This document shows, piece after piece, positions 58,594 through 64,000 of a DNA stretch of 64,000 nucleotides. The translations under genes and the position numbers were made by a program. The stretch lies in NCBI GenBank assembly GCA_021785735.1, contig JAJYEP010000001.1, forward strand, positions 29 through 64,028. Direction: 5' to 3'. The DNA is from Thermoplasmata archaeon (GTDB lineage: Archaea > Thermoplasmatota > Thermoplasmata > Thermoplasmatales > Thermoplasmataceae). The notes below the pieces were generated by a model. The model did not search any database. It saw only the letters and a list, made by a program, of their open reading frames with translations, and was not told where the DNA came from. Position 1 is the first letter of the stretch; the number at the start of each line of letters is the position of its first letter.

Positions 58594-59106
58594 TCACCCT
58601 ACCGTTGAGACTCCAAAGTTCTTCTTCAGATATTCTAAAGATTCCTCTTTGGAAACCCTGATTTTTGATGGCAAGCTCCTCTGGTTAATTTTCCTCCTTG
58701 CTACCCTGTAACCGCCTCTCCTCTTGAAAACGATCGCAATGTCCATTCCAAATATGCCGATCTCGGGATCGTATTTCAGCCCCTCAAACTCAGTGTAGTC
58801 TGGTATACCGAAATAGGCATTTCCCTGCTTATCGAAGGAATAAATCGGAATCTTGTTCCCCTTTGCAAAGAAAGCCCTTTTGAGGAATTCACTGGCCTCG
58901 TCACCCCTCAGGGTCACTTTAACCCCAATGGTCAGACCCTTTCTGGTGTTGAACTCCCTCACGGTCTTCTTGCCTGTGGTGAATACCGGCTTCTTCTTTG
59001 TAAGCAGTGTGGTGACTTTGGCTGCTTTGTTAAGCCTGTCTCCAGCCTGTCCAACGCCAATATTCAGAACAACCTTGTCGATGATTACCTCTTGCATCGG
59101 ATTCAT
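58594..59106 (-). CDS. rpl5: Ribosomal protein uL5
   Basis: [30 protein letters not shown]. Confidence 0.96.
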   Translation of the reverse strand: MNPMQEVIIDKVVLNIGVGQAGDRLNKAAKVTTLLTKKKPVFTTGKKTVREFNTRKGLTIGVKVTLRGDEASEFLKRAFFAKGNKIPIYSFDKQGNAYFGIPDYTEFEGLKYDPEIGIFGMDIAIVFKRRGGYRVARRKINQRSLPSKIRVSKEESLEYLKKNFGVSTVG

Positions 59107-59825
59107 TAATTCTCCACCTCTGAAATCTCATACTGGAACTTGTTGTTGCCAACCACAAAAGCATAGTCAACTACAGTCCCGAACCCTTCCTCAAGGGTCA
59201 GCATGTTGGAGTGTGACGACTCCTTGACCTCAATCTTCTTTATGGTGGCAATTTTTCCAACGTGCGAACCACCGGTAAGGAAAACCTTGTTTCCAGGTTG
59301 CAATTTCAGGACCTGCTCAATCTTCTTGTCGGGAAGAGAAACCAGCAGTACGTCACCAGGCTTGAGATCCTTGTTTTCGGAAAGCACGTTTTGCCCGTCA
59401 TGGAATGAGATCAGATACTTGCCTGCTCCCTCATCCTTCTTTCCCACTATCTTCACTAACTTTGAACTGGATCCCTGGCCCTCCTGCTTTACAAGCGTGA
59501 GCCTTCCCTTCGTATCGTACTGAACCCTGTAGTCGGAATCAAGACCATCAATGTGAATGAGGTCCATAAAACCAACCGAATAACGCCTTTCCTTTACCAT
59601 CTTACCGTCAATCTTAACCTTCCCCGTGTTGATTATTCTGGTGACCTCCCTTTCCTTGTCACCAAGGTGAAGATAGTCACGGAGAACTGTGATCAGTGCA
59701 ATGCTGTCCTCTTTCTTGTGTTTGCCTATGCTCGGGGTAACACTCCAGAAGTGGACCTTCCTGGGAATGTTGACCGCACGCGATACCATCATCCTTTTAG
59801 TTCTGTTTATTGTCAGTATCTTCAC
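59106..59825 (-). CDS. rps4e: Ribosomal protein eS4
   Basis: LRDYLHL, KVKIDG, VGFMD, TGGSHVG; start is GTG 59825 or CTG 59816. Confidence 0.92.
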   Translation of the reverse strand: MKILTINRTKRMMVSRAVNIPRKVHFWSVTPSIGKHKKEDSIALITVLRDYLHLGDKEREVTRIINTGKVKIDGKMVKERRYSVGFMDLIHIDGLDSDYRVQYDTKGRLTLVKQEGQGSSSKLVKIVGKKDEGAGKYLISFHDGQNVLSENKDLKPGDVLLVSLPDKKIEQVLKLQPGNKVFLTGGSHVGKIATIKKIEVKESSHSNMLTLEEGFGTVVDYAFVVGNNKFQYEISEVEN

Positions 59826-60288
59826 CCTCCTTTTCCTCTTCAGTTTCCTGAACCGTATTTTGTTCCTCCTCTGTACTGTCGGCCTGTGAAGGCTCCTTTT
59901 CAGGCAGCGCAGGCTCGGAAGACGGTGCGGATAACTCTGAAGGGGCCGTTTCCGGCGGCTCCTCAACTATGACTTTGTTCCTCTTAGCAGCCAGTTCCCT
60001 TATCCTTTCCATTCTCTCCGGTCTTGAAAGATCCAGTCTGGTGATGACCACCTGATTTGGTTTAACCGGTTTTTCTTTCTGCTTTCCGTCGGCCTTCGCA
60101 ACGGTGACTCCATCCACGACAAGCGTCGAATGGACGTGATCGACTGAATCCACCTTGCCCCCCTCAGTCTTTCTTGAACCTGATTTTACTACCACTATGT
60201 CTCCCTTTGTAATCGGAAAATGGGAGATACCGTATTTTTTCCTCAGTTCCTTGCTCAGCGATACATTTATTCTAGATTTCATTATCAA
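59797..60288 (-). CDS. rpl24: Ribosomal protein uL24 with acidic C-terminal tail
   Basis: LSKELRKKYG, KGDIVVVKSG (KOW), KADG. Confidence 0.92.
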   Translation of the reverse strand: MIMKSRINVSLSKELRKKYGISHFPITKGDIVVVKSGSRKTEGGKVDSVDHVHSTLVVDGVTVAKADGKQKEKPVKPNQVVITRLDLSRPERMERIRELAAKRNKVIVEEPPETAPSELSAPSSEPALPEKEPSQADSTEEEQNTVQETEEEKEGEDTDNKQN

Positions 60289-60295
60289 TCATTCC

Positions 60296-60694
60296 TCACA
60301 CTATAGTCGATGCAATTGCAGCAATTCTGGGCCATCTCTCGGATGCCTCCCTTGCTACAGGCCCTTTGATTTCAGATCCTCGTACCTCGCCCTCAGGGGT
60401 CACCAGCACAGCTGCATTATCTTCAAATTCAACCATGACTCCGTCCGGTCTTCTGAAAGGTCTTCTCTGCCTTATGACGACTGCATAAACGACCTTGCTT
60501 CTCATCTCCGGAGTTCCTTTCTTTACGGTTGCGATGAACAGATCTCCGACACCTGCCGCAGGTATTCTTCTTGCAACGCCATGATAGGCCTTTACATTGA
60601 TGAGGCTGATGACCTTAGCACCGGTGTTGTCTGCGCATGTCATGGTTGCACCCAGTGGCAGACCTCTATGTTGTCTTCCGGCTATGCCTTTCAT
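60296..60694 (-). CDS. rpl14: Ribosomal protein uL14
   Basis: CADNTGAK, FEDNAAV, IKGPVARE. Confidence 0.96.
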   Translation of the reverse strand: MKGIAGRQHRGLPLGATMTCADNTGAKVISLINVKAYHGVARRIPAAGVGDLFIATVKKGTPEMRSKVVYAVVIRQRRPFRRPDGVMVEFEDNAAVLVTPEGEVRGSEIKGPVAREASERWPRIAAIASTIV

Positions 60695-61017
60695 TCCGTC
60701 ACCTTCTCCACAACAACGTATGATATGGTCTTTGAGAGCTTCCTACACTCAGCTATCTTGACACTGTCCCCTGGCGATATTGAAATACACGCAGGCACGT
60801 GTGCATGATACTTATGAAGCACAGTGATGTTTCTTTCGTATTTTGGTACCCTCTTTCTTATATTCCTTGTAATCACCGCACTTCCAATCATGTTTGTGGA
60901 TTCAACCTCTCCAGTGATTACCTGTCCTCTAACAACTAATTCGCCATGAAACGGGCACTTTTTGTCTGTGCATTCAGTTTCAGGAACCTTTACATTTAGT
61001 CCTATATTCGATTTCAT
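60691..61017 (-). CDS. rps17: Ribosomal protein uS17
   Basis: DKKCPFHG, KYER, ECRKLSKT. Confidence 0.95.
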   Translation of the reverse strand: MKSNIGLNVKVPETECTDKKCPFHGELVVRGQVITGEVESTNMIGSAVITRNIRKRVPKYERNITVLHKYHAHVPACISISPGDSVKIAECRKLSKTISYVVVEKVTE

Positions 61018-61019
61018 TC

Positions 61020-61301
61020 TTACCTCAACCTCTTGATTTTCCTTTCAGTTCTGTTCCAATTCTTGATTCTGTCCTCGGGAGTCATAGTTAGCAGTTCCCC
61101 TTTCAGAGGACTGTCCTGATTTGCAAATTTGAATTTGGCTATGTTCTTCGGGATGACGCTGGTTTTTTTGCCATCTGCTATCACGAATGTGTTCTTGGTT
61201 TCGTCAATTACGACGCCTGTCTTTCCGATCATCGACTTGTTTGTGCTCCATGTGATGGTAATACTTTTCCCGATGAATTCATCGAAATAGTCAGAGAGCA
61301 A
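61020..61301 (-). CDS. rnp1: RNase P protein Rpp29/POP4
   Basis: EFIG..GVVIDETKNT..IPK..PEDR; conserved position. Confidence 0.88.
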   Translation of the reverse strand: MLSDYFDEFIGKSITITWSTNKSMIGKTGVVIDETKNTFVIADGKKTSVIPKNIAKFKFANQDSPLKGELLTMTPEDRIKNWNRTERKIKRLR

Positions 61302-61601
61302 TCAGATCACCTCGGTCTTAAAGCCCATGTCATCAAGTATCTTCTTTACCTCAGGTCTGTGATCACCCTGAAGCTCCACGGTTTTACCGTCCTTTACAGT
61401 TCCACCTGCTGCAACCTTTTTCTTGAGTATCTTTGCGATTTCATAGATATCCTCTTCTTTGGGATCGATACCTTCGATTATTGTAACGTTCTTCCCATAC
61501 CTTCTCTTGTCAACGCTTATCTTTATTGACTGTGAGTCCCTGGAAAAACCATCCCATGGCTGCAGTTCCTTTGGTATCCCTGTAAAGTTCTTATCCTTCA
61601 T
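61302..61601 (-). CDS. sui1: Translation initiation factor SUI1/aIF1
   Basis: RRYGKNVTIIEG, AAGGTVK, ELQGDH. Confidence 0.93.
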   Translation of the reverse strand: MKDKNFTGIPKELQPWDGFSRDSQSIKISVDKRRYGKNVTIIEGIDPKEEDIYEIAKILKKKVAAGGTVKDGKTVELQGDHRPEVKKILDDMGFKTEVI

Positions 61602-61801
61602 TTAAGAGTTTCCTCCGACCCAATTACGGTCATTATCCTCGCTATCTGTCTCCTGATGGATTTCATCTTGCCCGGGCTCACAGGAGAACCCCCCATGGCA
61701 ACAGAAGCTCTCTCCTTCAAGAGAAGCTGTTGAAGATTCTTCAATTTGGATTTTATCTCTTCACTGCTCATTTCCCTGATCTGTTTTGCTCTCAGTTCCA
61801 C
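61598..61801 (-). CDS. rpl29: Ribosomal protein uL29
   Basis: [23 protein letters not shown] 61801 after GGAGGTGA. Confidence 0.93.
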   Translation of the reverse strand: MELRAKQIREMSSEEIKSKLKNLQQLLLKERASVAMGGSPVSPGKMKSIRRQIARIMTVIGSEETLK

Positions 61802-62444
61802 TAGGTTCACCTCCTTTTACTTCTGTAATTGTGGCTGTGCTTTCAACAATCTTCGGCGGAGAAACATCGATCTCATCCGGCAATCTGTAATCGGAATTCA
61901 AAATCCCAACCGATATCCCGATGATTCCAAGTTTAAGTTTTGCCACTGCAAAGCCTCTGAGCATACCAACCCTTGCCGGTTCCCCGGAATACTTAATCGA
62001 TCCTGAAATGAATTTCTGGGATCTGGCCCTTTCGCCTGAAAGTTTGCCACCGATCCTTATGATAACACCTTTACTTTTGCTTTCTACGGTTCTTCTCAGA
62101 GCAGTGTTTCCAGCCCTTCTGTATGACCATCCCTTTTCGAGTGTAAGGGCGATCTTCTTTGACACTATGAACGGATTCAGATCAGGTTTATCCACTTCTT
62201 TAACCTCGATCTGCGGTGATTCAACTTTGAAGACCCTTTCAAGATGCTCGGTGATTTCCTGCACCTTCATTCCTCTTCTTCCTATCACAAGACCTGGCTT
62301 GTTCACGTGCAGGGTTATATTGTTTCCAAAAGGAGTTCTTTTCATCTCCATCCCTCCATATCCTGCAGTGTCAGTTTCACTTTTGATGTACTCAGTTATC
62401 AGTAGTCTGTTGACGGCATCCTGTACAAATTTTCTCTCCTTCAC
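61761..62444 (-). CDS. rps3: Ribosomal protein uS3
   Basis: KH motif [19 protein letters not shown]. Confidence 0.96.
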   Translation of the reverse strand: MKERKFVQDAVNRLLITEYIKSETDTAGYGGMEMKRTPFGNNITLHVNKPGLVIGRRGMKVQEITEHLERVFKVESPQIEVKEVDKPDLNPFIVSKKIALTLEKGWSYRRAGNTALRRTVESKSKGVIIRIGGKLSGERARSQKFISGSIKYSGEPARVGMLRGFAVAKLKLGIIGISVGILNSDYRLPDEIDVSPPKIVESTATITEVKGGEPSGTESKTDQGNEQ

Positions 62445-62899
62445 TCTTTTACCTCCTCTAAAACCATGGATATGTTAACCAGATCTTTCACAAATAGCCC
62501 GGCAGAACCGTGTGCCTTGGGTCTGTATTTCTTAATCATCCTGCCCTTGGAAGCTTCGACGTGTACAAGTCTGAGATTGTCGGTGTCAAGTCCTTTGAAT
62601 TCTGCATTTGCGACAGCATTCAGGAACGTCTGTTTGAAAGCCTTCATCGCCTTCACTGGATATCTTCCAGGACCAACGCCTTTCCTGTGAGACACAGAGT
62701 CCAGATACCTGAAATAAGGGACAGCTGTTCTCTTCTCAATGACTCCATCGATTATATCCCTGAGTTCCGATATCTTCTTTCCACGAAGGAAGTGGGCAAT
62801 GTTCACCGCATCCTTCAGAGATATATCCTCCTCTACGGATCTCGAAATGGCATTCTTTTCAGGTAATTTTTCAATTGCGTATCCTTTCATCATCATCAC
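62441..62899 (-). CDS. rpl22: Ribosomal protein uL22
   Basis: [24 protein letters not shown]. Confidence 0.95.
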   Translation of the reverse strand: MMMMKGYAIEKLPEKNAISRSVEEDISLKDAVNIAHFLRGKKISELRDIIDGVIEKRTAVPYFRYLDSVSHRKGVGPGRYPVKAMKAFKQTFLNAVANAEFKGLDTDNLRLVHVEASKGRMIKKYRPKAHGSAGLFVKDLVNISMVLEEVKE

Positions 62900-63354
62900 T
62901 TCAGAGGCATAAACTTGGAAGATCTTGTTGCTCCTACACCTGGTCCAGAGTGTTTGACCTCTTTCCTGGTTGTTGAATATTCTCCCAAATAGTGTCCAAT
63001 CATTTCCGGTTTGATTTCAAACTTGACATAGGTGTTTCCGTTATACACTTCAACAACCTTGCCAACGTATCTCGGAATTACTATTAGATCTCTCACGTGC
63101 GTCTTCAGGCTTGCCTTCTCCGATTCAAGCAGCTTCTGGTGCAGGGCGAGCTGATCATGATTCATCTCTCTGCTCAAAGTTCTTCTTGCACGGGATGGTA
63201 GTATTTCGAGCAGATCATCCAATGGCAAATTTTTCAATTCTTCCAGTGAATATCCTCTGTAAAGGAATTCCTTGGATCTGCCCATCACTACCTTCTGTGA
63301 CTTTCTGGCTTTCCTCTTTATAGATTTAACAGATGCCTGTTTTTTAACTGCCAT
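62896..63354 (-). CDS. rps19: Ribosomal protein uS19
   Basis: YRGYSLEEL, KTHVRD, MIGHYLGE, GATRSSKF. Confidence 0.96.
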   Translation of the reverse strand: MAVKKQASVKSIKRKARKSQKVVMGRSKEFLYRGYSLEELKNLPLDDLLEILPSRARRTLSREMNHDQLALHQKLLESEKASLKTHVRDLIVIPRYVGKVVEVYNGNTYVKFEIKPEMIGHYLGEYSTTRKEVKHSGPGVGATRSSKFMPLK

Positions 63355-64000
63355 TAATTCTTCCTCCTCTGTGGGGAGAGCCTTCCTACTTTCTTACCAG
63401 GCGGCGCCCCTCTTGCAACAGTGCTCGGTCCACCAACATGCTGGTGATTTCCTCCACCATGCGGATGGTTTGCTGCATTCATAGCGACACCTCTTACTGT
63501 GTAAGGACGCTTAGCCTTACTCTGCAGATAATGAATATGATTACCGGCTTTAAGTATAGGCAGATCACGTGCACCGGATCCGGCAACTGTTCCAACAGTG
63601 GCCTTGCAATTAGGGTTGAATCTTCTGATTTTCCCGGATGACAACTTGAGAGAAACTCCTTCGCCATGGCTTATTATTAGGGCCGAAGAGCCTGCTGTAC
63701 GGCAAAATTTTCCACCATCTCCGGGCATGCTCTCAATATTGTGGACCAAGTAACCGTCCGGTATCATTCCAAGCGTTGAGGTAATACCCTTGTTTATTTC
63801 GCTTGAAGCGCCAGAGATAATAGTCTGGCCCACGAAGGCACCTGTAAAGGCAAGTTGATAATCCTTTTTACCCTCTGAATTCTCAATAACAAGTAGGGGT
63901 GCGTTTCTGCCGGGTGCGTGAACAATATCTTTGACAGTGTATTTTCCAGCACCAGGCAATTTCAGTGCGGTCACGTGCCTGTGGCTTGGGCTCCTGTATA
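63354..64000 (-). CDS. rpl2: Ribosomal protein uL2, 5' end cut by the window edge
   Basis: [31 protein letters not shown]; frame is open to the edge. Confidence 0.95.
   Translation of the reverse strand, partial: YRSPSHRHVTALKLPGAGKYTVKDIVHAPGRNAPLLVIENSEGKKDYQLAFTGAFVGQTIISGASSEINKGITSTLGMIPDGYLVHNIESMPGDGGKFCRTAGSSALIISHGEGVSLKLSSGKIRRFNPNCKATVGTVAGSGARDLPILKAGNHIHYLQSKAKRPYTVRGVAMNAANHPHGGGNHQHVGGPSTVARGAPPGKKVGRLSPQRRKN

Noticed and set aside
59826..59966. Arg/Lys-rich N-terminal extension of eS4 in the ORF track
   Set aside because: Alternate-frame read of the uL24 acidic tail.
1..64000. CRISPR arrays, transposases, rRNA, C/D-box sRNAs
   Set aside because: No regularly spaced repeats, transposase motifs, rRNA-like tracts or convincing intergenic box C/D pairs were found by eye; small RNAs could have been missed.

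Overview
Archaeal chromosomal window, most likely Thermoplasmatales. The inference rests on archaeal-type r-proteins, no L34e/L14e at their usual places in the adk-cmk-cbf5 region, GGAGGTGA-type SD sequences and TATA boxes about 25 nt before leaderless starts. It is mostly core genome: the distal S10/spc r-protein cluster (rpl2 to secY, adk, cmk, cbf5, nop5), a riboflavin operon, iorAB, korAB, FBP aldolase/phosphatase, alaS, aroC, lonB, purQ, purF, cdc6, folC, aIF5A-agmatinase and an Fe/B12-type ABC transporter. It also holds an SRP RNA (about 9859-10161) and tRNA-Arg(TCT). Four small genes missing from the ORF track were read by hand: rpl40e, rpl37e, rps14 and an AbrB-fold protein. No CRISPR array, transposase or integrase was seen. 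Best leads: (1) a ~390-aa TPR protein abutting a convergent, promoter-bearing 31-aa/12-aa peptide ORF, an RRNPP-like receptor/peptide layout; (2) an agmatinase with no canonical start for its N-terminus, reachable from aIF5A by a -1 slip on G_GGA_AAA; (3) two tandem membrane proteins sharing an intramembrane Glu/Met motif, one carrying Fe-S motifs, behind a TATA-straddling palindrome; (4) a 224-nt dual-coding overlap of cbf5 and nop5; (5) several apparent pseudo-enzymes that lost metal-ligating His residues. All product calls come from motif recognition by eye, not from database searches.
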